Notes: generated from the letters alone by a model not told the origin. A stretch of DNA of 64,000 nucleotides from the human T2T-CHM13v2.0 reference genome, Homo sapiens (GCF_009914755.1 NC_060931.1); one strand, 5' to 3'; positions 39,650 through 54,929 are shown, counted from the first letter of the stretch. Translations and numbers: made by a program.

Positions 39650-40119
39650 TAAGAAAGTGCTTTCAGCTGTTAGGAACAGAGACCCAATCAGTTTTCCAGG
39701 CAAATCTGAAGTTTATTTCTGCACATGTAAGTTGTCTGAAATAGACAATTCAGGCTTTGTATAATATATCTAGAAAGCGATCCGAGACCCAGACTCAAAC
39801 ATTCTGCTCCAGTTTCCTTAGCTCATGGTTTCTATTTTCCCAGTGATTAAGATTGCTGCTAGAACTCCAGAAATTTCATCTGATTTTCATAAAGAAAGTA
39901 GGAGGGTCCACCTTCCGTTTTAAAAAGCCATTCCAGAAGTTCCGTGCAACATTTTCAATCATATCTCATTAGCCAGATTTAATCACAACCACAGAGTTGC
40001 AAGATAGACTGAGAATTACAGTTTCATTCTAGGTGGTAATATGCCTGCTAAAACTTTGAGGATTATCACTAGGAAGGAAGAGGAAAATCTGTAATGAGAT
40101 AGATAGCACTCTCTGCCCA
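39650..40119 (-). mobile_element. MLT1J/K-like LTR
   Basis: atatctcattagccaga...gagttgcaagatagactgagaattacagttt...ggaaggaagaggaaaat. Confidence 0.6.
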
Positions 40120-40359
40120 GTTGATGTTTCGAAAGATTATAAAATATAAATAGTAAAAAAGTGCATGCTTCCAGAAAAAAATATTTGATGCAGCATTTAT
40201 CTTATTCAAACCATATATTTTATATTTTTCCTCCAAAAATTTAAAATATAGTTATCAAACTTCAGGCTTAGACAATCGACATTTTAGGGTATTCAAGAGT
40301 GAAGATGATCCAGCCTCCCTTCAAGGATTTCATAAGAGAGTGGCAGAGGTATCTAGTTC

Positions 40360-40888
40360 TTATTCTGACCTCCTACTCGAAATTCATCAGTAACTTCTTA
40401 TTGCCCTTAAGAAAAAGACCCAGATCCTTAAAAGCAGTGTATTAGCCTCTTGTGGTCTGGCCTTTGTCTTCCTTTGCAGCTTCATCTCACATCACTCTCC
40501 TCCATCCCCTCTAGCCACGCTGGCCTGTGCTCAGTGCCTCAGATGTTCTTTCAGTGGGGCCCCTGCCTGTACTGATCTCTGGGTCTAGAATTGCTTCACC
40601 CCACCACCCATCTCTGTCTCTGTCTCTTGCTTTCTTATCCTTCATATCTCAATTCATAGATAAACTCCATTAGGGGAGCCATCTCAGGATCTGTAAGACT
40701 GGGTTAGGCACTTTTTAACCTGTTTATAATCACACATTCAAGACTGTAATTACATCTTTTCTTCTTCTAGACTTTGAGCTTCCCAAGAATGGGAAACAGG
40801 CCTGAGCTCATGCCCCACTGTGTCTCTGTGCCTAACACAGTGCTTGATATGCAATATGTTCTAAATACATTTTTTATAGAATGAATGG
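40360..40888 (+). mobile_element. L2 3' end
   Basis: ctagactttgagcttccc...gtgcctaacacagtgcttgatatg...gaatgaatg terminus. Confidence 0.75.
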
Positions 40889-41862
40889 AAAAATATAATA
40901 GTAGCATAAAAAAGGACTATGAAATTATAAAGAAGGAAAAGAACAATTCTAAATGGAGGGATTTAGCAATGCTTTATGAGTGAAATAGAATTAAAACTGG
41001 TCCTTCCAGGACAGAAAGGCTCATATCAGATAATATAGGGCAAGGCTGTCTTGGAAAAATGGACTATATAAACTAAGGCATATGACACAGCTGAAATAAG
41101 AAGTTGCCCAAAATTCTCAGAATGCCTGAGAAAACATTCTAAGAATTTATGCTTTAGTCTGTAGTCCAAGGAATTCATAAACTTTTGGAATGTGCATACA
41201 TGTTTGTGGTTAAGTGTACACATTCCAGAGACACTGTCATCACATTTTGCCTGTTAGAATGGAAACTCGTGTCAACTCATTCATTCTTAAAACTCTCCTA
41301 CCAGTGTCTTCCCACCTATCCTCTTCGAGTCAATGGTCAGAAAATTCTAGAAGTGCATACATCGGAAAAGAGTTTACTGGAAATGGTTTTAAAATAATGG
41401 CTTGGAGTCAAGGAATGCTCTACACCCTTCTACTTTGCCAGTGAATTGAGTAAGAAAACAGCTGGTTTCTATCGAAAAATTTACTGTAGAGTGTTTTCTT
41501 CATGGAGAAACTAGATTTTGGATGTCACGAGGGAATGGAAGCGTTGGAGAAAAGTATTCAAGGTAAAACAGTAGCTTGTTCCAACACAACAGGCTTTCCC
41601 CTAAGACAACACTCTCTAAAGAAGTCCTGGAAAGGAAAATGAGAATGTGGTAGGGCGGTTGATACAGATCAGTAAGGAAATGAAAGTCCAAAAGTTATTT
41701 ACATGGTAAACACCTGTGCCAAGAGGAGTACTCTCAATAACAGGGATTAGTGAGAGAGCAGTTGGCTGGAGATGGAAGCTCAGGCAGGTGAGCGTGGGGT
41801 GCAGAGAAAAAAAAATGTATGAAGAATAAATCAATATTTTTTTGAGAATGAGTATTTTAGTT

Positions 41863-42023
41863 CAGTACTTCTCAATATTTTAGGTGCATACAGATCATCT
41901 GGGATCTTGTCAAAACAGGTTTGGCTCAGTGTGATTGAAGAGAACACTGGGATTCTGCTTTTCTAACAAGCTTCAAAATGCTGTTGCTGCAGCTGCTTGT
42001 GGGCCACATCTTGAACACAGCAG
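41863..42023. mobile_element. MER5A (hAT-Charlie)
   Basis: cagtacttctcaa...atcatctgggatcttgt...attctgcttttctaacaagct. Confidence 0.7.
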
Positions 42024-42386
42024 AGCTCCAGCCTCTGCATCTGGGCCCCCAGATACATGAAAAATGCAGCTCAGGTAGTGACAAAAAAGATCAGTGATGT
42101 GGGCCTTTGGTGTGTTATGGTTTATAAAATAGAAAAGCCTATTTTCTTTTCCCTTACCATTTCCAGGGAAAATAAAGTAATGGGGATGATGTAGAAATCA
42201 CCTGAAATAGTCTGGCACAGTGCTTGCAAGGCTGTAGGAACCAACTGAAGTTTGCTCAAAGCTTTATGTACTTCTGTTTCTCACTTGTATCACCTGTTAT
42301 CTTTGGAGTGTCATGTTTTACATTACATATTAGCAATGGAAACAGAAAATGGTTTTTCAATCACTCACTGTGTCTATGCATAGAAA

Positions 42387-42723
<337 letters not shown>

Positions 42724-42873
42724 CTAAATGTGTAGTTGTCTGATACTTATTGACTGACTTATTTTTTGATTCACTATCAGCAGCTTTTTCTTAATTTGGC
42801 TCTTTCATTGCAAGGAACTGTAAGTCAGAGTTCTTAGTTATGAATAAACAAACTAAAAAGACAGATGCAATAA

Positions 42874-43221
<348 letters not shown>

Positions 43222-43561
43222 AAGAAATGGATTCTCTATCTGAGAACTGATAGAAAACAGAACCCAAAGAGGGCAAGACAAAGTCAAGGCTCTATCACCT
43301 GTCACCAGAACACAATGTTCTAGACTCCCCTCAGCCATACAGAATAATCCCTAAAGCCCTACACCTTTGTATGCCTCCCTCAAAATGTGGTTTCAGGTGG
43401 GAGCATACAATTGCTTATGCTGACACCTCTTTCAGAGCTCTCACCCTTATTCTCCCACCTTGGTCTGTCTTATTAAAGGGTGCTGCCCTGCCTTCCACTT
43501 AATTTGAAATTTCTTTCTAATAGACATGTCTTCTACAGAGATCAGTTCAAGCTAGTCCAAT

Positions 43562-43932
43562 TGATAAGGTTAGGCTTTGTGTCCCTACCCAAATCTCATC
43601 TTGAAGTGTCATCCCCATAATCCCCACGTGTCAAGGGAGAGACCAGGTGGAGGTAATTGAATCATGGGCATGGTTTCCCCCATGCTGTTCTTGATAGTGA
43701 GCTCTCACGAGATCTGATGACTTTTTAAGCGGCTCTTCTTCTTTCACTCATCACTTCTCCTTCCTGCCGCCTTCTGAAGAAAGTGCCTTGCTTCCCCTTC
43801 ACCTTCGGCCATGATTGTGTTTCCTGAGGTCTCCCTAGCCATGCTGAACTGTGAGTCAATTACACCTCTTTCCTTTATAAATTACCCAGTCTCAGGTAGT
43901 TTTTTATAGCAGTAAAAAAATGGACCAATACA
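43562..43932 (+). mobile_element. THE1D-like solo LTR
   Basis: tgataaggttaggctttgtgtccc...ggaccaataca; TSD CCAAT/CCAAG. Confidence 0.9.
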
Positions 43933-45057
43933 CCAAGTAAGAACAACTTGTAAAGCTACACATGGAATGATTAGGAAAAAAAATGTGAAAATTCATAACA
44001 AGGGAGCATAACCATTGAATGACCATATCATTTGCCGTTAAACCGGGCCTTTTTTAATCATGGAAGGAGTGTAACAAGTGTGAACTGATTCTACACCGGA
44101 CAGGCCAAGGTGCATGGTCACCTTACCTAATAAGTGTGAGCCCTCCTGTGGCTTATACTAGAGAAACTTCTTGATTCAATAGAGCTTTAAAGGTATGCAT
44201 TCATGGATCTCCACCCAAACGCCCTGCATTAAAATATCTGAGCTGTATTGCACTTATCTGTTTCCTTTAATCCCAAACCAACTGAATTTCTCTGCTTATA
44301 GTTTTTGCAGTCTTATAAATTCTGTGATGGGCATATGTTGCTTACTTTCTCAGCAATGACTTCCTGTGGGTGATTCACACCCTATTTCTTTCCATCAGCC
44401 TCTGTTTTCTGTTTGGGTTCAGAGAAGTTGATTTGTCTTCAATTACAATCAGTTTCTCAACCTGTGGCCACAGGGACTATTTCAAGAACATTCCCATGAT
44501 TAAGGCCACACAGCCTGAAACTCATGCGTGATCATGAGCAGCTTGGCCTTGGACTGAAGACAAAGTGGAGAACACAATCAGAAAGAGAAATAAACCACAA
44601 TCTTGGTGGCTGTCAAGCCACTGGATCAAGTCTACACCCAACTCCACATTGAGCCAATAAAGTTCCTTTTTTTGTGAGTGCAGACTCAGTTGGGTTTTTG
44701 GTTTACAGCCGAAACCATCAGAACCAATACAACTCCAGTGTTCACAGTGCCCCATATTTTGTCCTGAGATCCCTCCACAGTCCCCTTTGTTTCAGAATGG
44801 CCAACTGTTTTCATATCTTATTTCAAATTTAAGAAAGGAAATTCGTTGGCTCGATTTATCTTTTATCTCCAGAATCTAGTAATATGTTGCTCATCAACAT
44901 ATGGTTCGGCTGCTAGGTCAAGTGCCCAGCCATAAACCAGCCTCTGGGGCTGGATGGGAGGGCTGCTGTTCTTCTCTGAAGACCTGTATCCATTTTCCTG
45001 CCTTGCAGATACCAGTAGGACCAGTATTAGGACATCTGCATAAGATTTAATTTTAGA

Positions 45058-45350
<293 letters not shown>

Positions 45351-45453
45351 AAGATTCAATTTTATGCTGCATATTCATTATCATCTTTGCCTTTTGACTG
45401 TATCATCTCAACCACGGTTATGTATCACAGAGGCTTAGAATATTATAACTCAT

Positions 45454-45804
45454 TGTTTTAGTTTATCCAGGCTGCTATAACAGAATACCATAGACTAGCT
45501 CATAAACGATAGAAATTTATTTCTCGCAGTTGTGGAGGCTGGGAAGCCTGAGTTGAAAGCGCTGGCAGATCTGGCATCTGGTGAAGGCTTGCTTCCCAGG
45601 TCATGGATGGCCATCTTCTTGCAGTGTTCTCACATGCTAGGCAGGCAAAGGAGCTCTCTGGAATTTCTTTTTTTAAATAACAGCATTAATCCTATTCGTG
45701 AAAGTGGGGCCCTCCTAAAAGCCCCATCTCCTAATACCATCACACTGGGGATTGGGTTTCAATATATGAATTTTGGCGGGGACATAAACATTCAGTCTCT
45801 AACA
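45454..45804 (-). mobile_element. MLT1A0-like LTR
   Basis: ggctgctataacagaataccatagact...ggggacataaacattcagtctctaaca. Confidence 0.85.
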
Positions 45805-48800
45805 TTCACCTTTTGCACATTAGAGAACGTCTACAAAGAAAACGTTAAATTTTAGTTTTGGAAAACTTCCTTTCCTTTTCTCATTTTTATTCTTTCCTTT
45901 AGCAATGTAATTATTATTGTATGGAACCCGTATCTGATGATGGTGAGTTTAAATGGATCAAAATTATTGTTCCTTAAAAGCAACACCAAAATTTTATAAG
46001 ATATGCTGCATACTAATTAAAGCTCAAGGAGCCCCAGGCAAGAAAGAAAGATAAGCCATTGCTTAAGTTATGCAAAAGTGTATTAAATATTTGAGATTAA
46101 TTAAAATCTAGAGAAAGTTTTTTAAGAGTTCCATTTAAAGTTTGCATAAAAGTTCACGCAATTATTATAAAACATTTGCTATCAAACTGGTTTGATGAAT
46201 AAGGGAAGTCAATTAGTAACATAGTGAAATAAGAGTTAATTCATGTTTCTCTAGGTAATTTCTTTCCTTTGTTCTGTAAAAGTCATTTATAACTACATAA
46301 TAGTACAATCATACAATAACAATTATATGCCAATACCCACTGTTTTACAAAGCGATGGAAAGCATAGTTCTATGGTACTTACTTATTTTCTAAGTGAATA
46401 ATATTCTTCTTAAACCCATCCTGAAAATTTCTACAATAAAAGATTCATTGATGGAAAGTCAAAAAGTTTGATTTCTGGTGGTTTTTGTTGTTCATAAAGG
46501 AAATGAAAGCACAGCTTTTACTGAGCAGGTGGTTCCTGGTGTGTGAGCCCTTAATGGAAGAATGATCTGTGTCAACAGGACTGGGAAAGTTCTGATTCTG
46601 ACTTCTGAAATTGACCTTTATTCTCCATTTCAGAACACATAAGCCACGGTATCCCTTTTATTATATAGACATCGATATGAAGAGAACAAATAAAGTCACA
46701 CCAAGAATGTCTGGGCTTGTTCATCTTACACAATTTATTATTTTTGAGGCTATCACTTAGTGGGGAAAAATTTTCCTGCACCCTAATGTAAAATTGCAAA
46801 TGTGTTTCCCCAGAGTAATGATAGTCTAAAAATGAGGGACAGTGAGTCGTAATTAGGATTAGGCTTGGGAAACAAGTTCACTTATATTATAGCATGTTGC
46901 TATGGCAAAAGGAAAAATATGGTCTGATTTTCAAACAATTGACTGGCAAATGGGCTTATCCCATGCCATCTATTAATAATCAATACAGCTTATTCAAAGG
47001 ACAAAAGTCACTTTCTCTATAAAAGAAAGTGGGACAAATTTAACAACGGTCTACTTTACTGCAAGTTAGGATAGAATCTAGAGGTAAGTAAAAAGCTTTA
47101 GGTAATGTCTTCAAGCCTCGAAGCACCAGCTTTATTCTCACCGGGGAACAAAGTCTAAAGAAACTTTCATGACCACTGTGTCTGATAAAGAATGAAAATT
47201 CTGCTGAACTCAGTGGTGAACGTACTCATTATTAAAAGGACTCAGAAATACTGTGGTTCAAAGCATGCTTCCTAAAAATAAAACCAATATAATCTATGAA
47301 GAAAGATTTCCAATGCCAAAAAAATTTCAATGAGCATTCAAAGGTTGAATCCATAGCCACCACATGAAATATGATATAAGCAAGTCAGTAAGAGCCACTG
47401 AAGTGTACGGTTTCAGAGTGAATGTTTGTTTCCCAGGGAGGAGAATCCAGGCCTTCCTCTCTTCTCTCTATGCCCTGCCTGCCCTGCTGTCTTCCAGCCT
47501 GCAGGCAAGTTCCCTGTTGCTTTCAAGCTGGAGCTTGGCACCACAGGAGTCCCTGCTTGCCCTCTCATTCCCACCACCAAAGCCTCCTGGCAGCATTTTT
47601 AGCTGTGTGGGCCTTATATTCAACAACAAAGATGAAGATATATGGCTAGGAGTATAGGAGAAATTATGTTCTTGATATTTATTTGGAATATTAAAAAGAA
47701 CAAAAAAATGAGCTCTATGTTCTACATCACATCATACTGTCTAGCAAGATGCCTTATTTTTATTTAATAATTTCATTTATAAATTGCCTCTTTACAATTA
47801 CGATTGAAGACTGAGACCAAGGGAAAAAGAAGGCAGAAGTTACAATATTTCCTGTGCCTGAGCTTAAATTTTGGCTTCCAGTTTCTTGGAAGCTTTCTTA
47901 CAGGGTTAGCATACATCTCAGCTGGAGTTTCCCATTTAGATTATCTACCAGTGTTTTTGTAGGTGTTGGCTTAGTATATTACCAACATTACTGCATCAAA
48001 TTTGAAAATAATTCTTCTTGATCTGGTCCCAGATTTGATCCAAGAAGCACATGAGTCTGCAGGATGTATTCAGACTCAAAGTTCTAGAATAGTTATAGAT
48101 TGTGATCTCTCCAAAACTCTCTAATCTGGGTGTCATTAGGTATTTCTTGAGTCTTTGCTATGCCACTTGCTGTGCTGGGTGGATCACTAGCAGCAGTCAA
48201 ATTTCCTTCCCGACCCAGACATCTTATCAAATAAAGCTTAGAGGCAGAGATTCCACTAGACACACAGGGCCACGAGTTAATCTTTGTGAATAATTTCATT
48301 GTTAACTATTGGGACAAGGTACAAAAAACAAAAACAGAAACTTGCTAATGGAATACACTTTCTAAGATTATAAATTGCACCATTTGCCAAATGTATACTG
48401 TTAGAAATGAGAGCAATAATTTGCACTTACTGTAAGTCCAGCATACGGAGAGGGTCATATGTTGAAATGCCATCTCTATTGAGGTGTCGTAAAAAATATT
48501 TCCTCCAGCAGCACCCAGTCATTCTAAGGTATTAGGTATAATTTTTAAAGTATTATTTGGTGTTCTGAATACCAAAAAAGTACATCTTGAGTACCACAAT
48601 TGGTGACATTAAAGTTAATTATTTTCATTAAATATTGCAGTGCTGTCATGAGGAATGAAACAGAAGAGCAAAATGAGGTTAGAGATGGGATGTGTTCAAC
48701 ATTGCTCCCCAAGTATTTCCAAATAATTAATGTATTCATTGAATGATATTTATTGAGGGTCAGAAAAAGTGCCATGGTATTTGATACAGCAAAAGATCAC

Positions 48801-49829
48801 ATTTATGATTTCATTCTGTCACTTTCTGCAACAGGTAGCATCCCCTTGCCAGCACCAAGGCAGGGTTGCATATTTGAAAGTTACTCCCTCAAAAAATTCA
48901 TTTAAATAAATAGATTTTTTTAAAGAAATTATGAAATACTAACGTTGCATTCAGTTAGTGATTTTATATGGTGTAGGATTGACATTAAAAAATACTTGTC
49001 ATTAATTTTACTCTGTATTAATGTTATATTAATAATTTCTGAAAGTAACCAACCATTCTAACTGCAGAACCCAGCTGTGGACATGAGTTTCTAGGGGAGG
49101 ACTCTGAAATTGTGTCAATGTTTGTAATCTAGTCCTCGGAGAATACAAAATTTTTGACAAAGAAGGAGGTTAAGGAGTGTTTTCTTTTTGATGTTCACCT
49201 CCAAAGGAGGATCATAAAGAAGTAATTCTTGAAAAGTATTGCAATGCAGTCTTCACAAAAAAAGCTTATCCCTGAAGTACAGAAACACACTTAAAAGGAA
49301 CATAGATGAAATCTCTATTCAAAGAGTTTGGGTTTGACCTTTATGCATTACATATTATCACTGTTTTGAATTAAGCTATTACTGTCTCATTGTTATTTTA
49401 GCAGCTAACAAATGAGTAGGTGTTCTGAAAAGCAGTGTTTAGCATCATGTAAAATGTTATTTTAAAAGTTCATTTCCACTGAGAGGATTTTCTAATAACC
49501 ACGTTTCTGCTAGTAACTCAGCCATATATATATAAAAATATTGAAATTAGAGAAATAGAAACTACTGCTGTGATATAATTTGATAGAAAAATATTAATAG
49601 ATGGTAGACATTGTAGAGTTTCTTTCCATGTAGAAATGTTACATTGGAGGATTAACAGCACTTTTATTCATTCAAAATAGTCACAGCATCCATTCTATTT
49701 TAAAATGTTAAAATACAAATACAATTAACTAATGTATTTATCCACATTATCTAAATTACACAAATAAAATATATATTTAATATTATTAAAATATCTAGGG
49801 ATCTGATATGTCCTGGTATGTCTATCTAA

Positions 49830-49831
<2 letters not shown>

Positions 49832-49874
<43 letters not shown>
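49832..49874. repeat. (TG)n microsatellite, about 21 units
   Basis: Perfect TG run. Confidence 0.97.
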
Positions 49875-49877
<3 letters not shown>

Positions 49878-49918
49878 CTGAGATATATATACATAAAGAT
49901 ATATACATCTATAGATAT

Positions 49919-50330
49919 TGATATAGTTTGGATATTTTTCCCCACCCAAATCTCATGTTAAAATGTTATCAATGGGGCCTGGTAGGAGGTGTTTGGGTCA
50001 CGGGGGTGGATCCCTTGTCAATGGCTAGGGCCATTCCCTTGGTAATGAATGAGCTCTCACTCTGTGTTCACTTGAGACCTGGTCATTTAGAGGTGTGTGG
50101 CACTGCCCCCTCAACTCTCTCTCCTGCTCCCATTCTTGCCCTGTGAGATGCTTGCTCCCTCTTGGCCTTTTTCCATAAGTAAAGCTCCTTGAAACCTCCC
50201 CAGAAGTTGAGCAGATGCCGTCAACATGTTTCTTGTACAGCCTATAGACCGTGAGCCAATTAAATCTCTTTTCTGAATAAATTACCAAGTCTTAGGCATT
50301 TCTTTATAGCAATTCGAGAATGGCCTAATA
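49919..50330 (+). mobile_element. MSTA/MSTB solo LTR
   Basis: tgatatagtttggatatt...gagcagatgcc...gtgagccaattaaa...gaatggcctaata. Confidence 0.88.
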
Positions 50331-50700
50331 GTGTGTGTGTGTGTAACTACAGTATATATACAGTATATATATATATAGTATGTATATATACAGTATATAT
50401 ATATAGTATGTATATATACAGTATATATATAGTATGTATATATACACTATATAGTATGTATATATACACAATATATATACTGTATATATAGTGTATATAT
50501 AGTATACTCATACACACAATATATACTGTATATATACACACACACTGAGCATATATTCATCCACACATCCAGTCCTCTCAGCCATGGCTCTACCCTGAAT
50601 TTATACACTATGTTTGTGTATATATACGGTATATACATTGTGTATGTATATATACATACTATATATGTAATCTGATATATGTGTAACTACTGATTATATA
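50331..50700. repeat. TA-rich compound micro/minisatellite
   Basis: cagtatatat...agtatgtatatata units repeated. Confidence 0.88.
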
Positions 50701-51739
50701 ATTCATAATATTTAAATTCCCTTATGCAATTTTTTACTCTGCTATTATCCTAAATTTATAATCATTCCATAATGAAGCAAATAAGCCTATGCCTCATTCC
50801 TGGGGTGTTTAGACCCTGTTTAGATCCTGACAGATGCAATGTCTTCAATTAAGTTCTTTTACACACTGAAGGGATAGTTCAGGAGGATCATTAATACTGA
50901 TACCATCTAAGCAGAAAATAGTCACAGATAATTAACTAAACTTAATCGTACTTTAGTATGGATACCTTCTTTACATCGAGGATCAATTTTAAGTTCACTG
51001 AAATGGATGTGGTAAACATATCAGAGTTACCTCCTGTGGCATTATATTTGTAGTAAATGTAGTTTTTCAAAACCCTTTAAATACTTGAACATATTTTTAA
51101 GCTCACAAAATACTTTGTTATTATTGCTTTGGAGCCAAATTTTCCAATTGCAAATATCTAATGATAATTTTTTATATATAACTTTACTGCATACAAGTTG
51201 GCAAAAGAAAAAAACAACAACAAAATTTTAACTTCTTTGTAAGAAATCAATTGTAGATAATGAATGATCGAGCTACTTTTCTGACCAGTCAAGAAGTGTG
51301 AACAGATGCTGGAACTGAATAGCAGTTGCTAAGACTTTGCAGGCCGACCACCACCAGGCTCTAAGTGTCCTATACAACAGGTGGAGATATAAGGACTTCT
51401 TTTAATTGCAAGACACATGATGAAAAATAAAAGGCACATTCTGTCCACCCTTAAAGTTCTTTCCCTAATTCCCTAAATTAGGTTCTTGTGAAATACCTGT
51501 AGTTGTTATGAAAGTCATAGAATTTAATTTATAGGTGTCTCTTAATTAAGTTAGGTTAGCTAGCTGATGTTTGTTTCAAGGATCATGGAATCGGCCATGC
51601 AGTAATTTATATGCCCAAAGAAAAACCTGATTAAAATGCTTAATATGATGAACAGACCTTGAATAATCTTCATAATTATAGAGTACAAACTACTTACATT
51701 TTTGAAGTGGTTCCAAAACCATTTGTCCACTGTGTGTAT

Positions 51740-53385
51740 CTTCAAGGAATAAACAATTCACTAAACCTCCTCTCTATGGAAATGTATAGACCCTTGGCCC
51801 ATCACCTCCTCATCCTTGCAGATTTTAATGCCTGGTTCACTGCTCCATGATCCAATAACCCTCTTGTAGTATTCTTTGGAGTTTTCAATATCCATGTAGA
51901 CCATTCTTTCAATGAACCTATCTCTGAAATATTGGCCCTCCTCCATTGATACCATCCTCCAGCATGTCTTAATCACTCAGTTCCAAGATCATCTCCTGGA
52001 ACTCAACATAATCATTAACTACAACTACTCCATAATTGTGCTTCTCATTTCCTGCAGCTCTCTAAATTCACTGTTAACAAAAGTTACATCTATGTCTTGT
52101 TCACTCATGTGCTCACTTCCCTTCCACTTAGCTTTAGTCCCACATTCTATCATTATGACTCCCTTGCAATCACCTTTGATTTCTTTGCTCCTCTCTCTTT
52201 CCTAACACTTGCTCAGAAAAACAGCAATGCTGATTAAGTGAAACTTGTGCTTCAGCATCTCCCTGGGGGGAAGAATGGAAGAATGTGGCTGGGGAAAACC
52301 ACACACCTATGCTGATTGGTCTCACTTTAAATTCATAGCTCCTAACCTTCAGTGGGACCCTGGTGTTGCAATCCTACTTCATTCCGCTGCTCCATTTCCT
52401 CCTCTCCCCCAATACCTTCAATCTACCCATTTCTTCTTCAGCCAATTACATTTCCTAGTTGTTTAAAATACCTACTTATTTTCTTGTTCTCTTTTAAAGT
52501 AACAATCATCATTGCTTTCACTTTCTTTTGCCTCATTCTTTTTGAACCTATTTCAAAAAGACTTTCATCCCCACCATATCAGTCCCTGTCAAGTCATCAG
52601 CAATCTGCATGCTGCTAAATCTAGTGGAAAATTCCCAATCCTTACCTTCAGCAGCATTTGATACAAATCATTCCGTCTTTCTTGAAACATTTTCTTGTAG
52701 TTTTCTTAGTATTTCTCTCTCTCTCTTGCTTCTCCTCCTACTAAACCTACTGTTCCTTCTCATTTAGATGTCTCCTCGATTTTCTCATTTCCAAACAGTG
52801 GAGAGCCCCAGGTTTCAGTCCTTGGACTTATACTGCTTCCTGTCTACACCTACTCCCTAGGAGATCTCATTCAAGTTCCATATTCCATCTGTATGTTGAC
52901 TTATCTCTCTAGCTATATCCTCTATTGAGTTTTAGACCTTACACACAACTGCCTGCTCCCAGTCAGCACAGTCTAACAAACATCTCAAACTCTTTGTTTC
53001 TAATACCAAACTACCATTAAAAATAAATGTTTCTCTCTCAGTTTTCTCCATGCAAGTAAATGTCAACTCCATTCATCTATTCACTCAAACCAAAAACCTT
53101 AGCTTCATCTTTCACTCTTCCTTTTGACCTTCACATCCAGTCCAACCTATCAGGAATGGCTCTACCCTCAATTTATACCCAGAATCCAGTCATTTATCTT
53201 CATCTCCATTGTATCCACTTCTAGGCCACCTGTTGGATGGACTGCTGCAATAACCTTCCAGTTGATCTTCCTGCTTTCACCCATGCCCTGTCCCCATGGT
53301 CTAATTTTAGCACAGCAGCCAGAGTGATACATTTCAATGAGATGTTTTCATCCCCATCCCATTCAATGTAAAAGCCAAAGGTTTT
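51740..53385 (+). mobile_element. Long L2 remnant including an ORF2 endonuclease-region fragment
   Basis: Translated remnants MYRPL..ILADFNAW and FGVFNIHVD; later L2 motifs cagcagcatttgatac and ggagagccccaggtttcagtccttgg. Confidence 0.75.
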
Positions 53386-54929
53386 GCAAGTGGAATTTTT
53401 TTTTTTTTAGAAATTGTTTTCGTTTTCAGATGATGAGAATAATGCATGTTCAATAGAAGTGTTTCTAAACGACAAAAAAAAAAATTGTTATTCTCCTTCT
53501 TGTTCCACACAATGACCATTGCCTTTAAAAAAAAAAAATCACTGTTCAGGATTGGAATTAGCTAGGTAGGTATGAAAAATAGAGAGGATTTAAGTTGTAT
53601 TTGCAATATTACCATGGTGCTTTACTTACAGCCTCTCTCATTGTGGTAAAGAAAGACTGCTCCTTCATGTTACAGCTGGTTTATATGTAATTATTTTTTT
53701 TAAGTCCTGTAAGAAAACTCACTCAACTCTCCTGAAAAACCCCAAAGTGCAGAGACAAAATATTCCATAAATATCTTTAGAAACTCCCTGATCTAGCATC
53801 CAGCCCAACCTCACAATCATCTATTTGCTCTCCACCCCATTGTCAAACCAAGCCATGTGGAATTTAATATGGCTACCTAACTTCTGGATCTTTCTCTGAT
53901 AACAATTCTCATTTTTGTATCTGTTGATAAAGAATGCTTCTACTGAATCCTTGGTCCATATACCCAAGGAAGGGTAAATGGAAAATATCGAAGAGATGAA
54001 TTTTTTTGAACTTCTTGTCAGCATTGTTAATTGAAGATGTATTTTCCTATTGATTTGATCATGTGTTACTTGATTTTGTTCTGATTCTCAGTTTAACACG
54101 GTATTTCCATCTGAAGCTTCTGATGCATACTTCATTTATTCTAACGTTAAACAGAATTTTAAAGCTCAAAAACTTCAATGTTAATTGACTGAAAATGCTA
54201 ATCTATAAATTCATTTTATTGTAGAAATCTTATAAGGATATGTTGTATAGTTCTATGTCATTTCCCATGAATTTAAGATTTAGAGATTAAAAAATCAGTA
54301 ATTTGTAAATGGTAATTTTATCTTGAGCAGAATTCTATGCCTGTAAACCAAGATTCTGTATCAGTCAGTAATAGGGCTGAATATGTGACGATGTGTACAC
54401 AGGGAGGGTGTACTTTACCTTTAAGCTGGCCAAATGTGCTTTTTTTTTTTTTTAAATAAAAAAGAGCCTAAATAGAAATCTTATCTGTAAATATTCATTG
54501 GTCCTAATTATCTTTTATAGAGTTGCTTTTACCTTACTCAGTTGTGATTTCATTATTAAAACTTCAAGTCACAGACCAACTAAGTGCTTCTTTGGTGTGT
54601 GTGTTTGTTTGTATCATGGATATCCAGAACATTTGTCATTGGATATGATCATTATAAAACTCTTGAACATGACTTCTCTGACCGTGGATCTCAGGAGCTG
54701 TACTTGAAGTTTCAAATCAGCTGGCAGTCAAAATGTTTAATAATTCCTTTCCACCGAGCAAAGATTTCTTTCAATTTCTATTCTAGGAGTTTGTACTTTT
54801 TCTAATGTATCCTGCACAACTAGGTCCATCAAGATAAATTTCTGTGCTTAATGTCATGAATAGAACAGAAAATATGTTAAAAAGTGATGGCTCCAAAGGC
54901 ATAGCATTTTAATCTAAAACATCTGTGAT

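Noticed and set aside
44017-44126. Possible hAT-Blackjack MITE (tgaccata...atggtcacc inverted ends)
   Set aside because: Too short and degenerate to assign by eye
47364-47657. 97-aa Leu/Ser-rich ORF in unique sequence
   Set aside because: No recognisable homology, promoter or convincing exon structure; length is expected by chance
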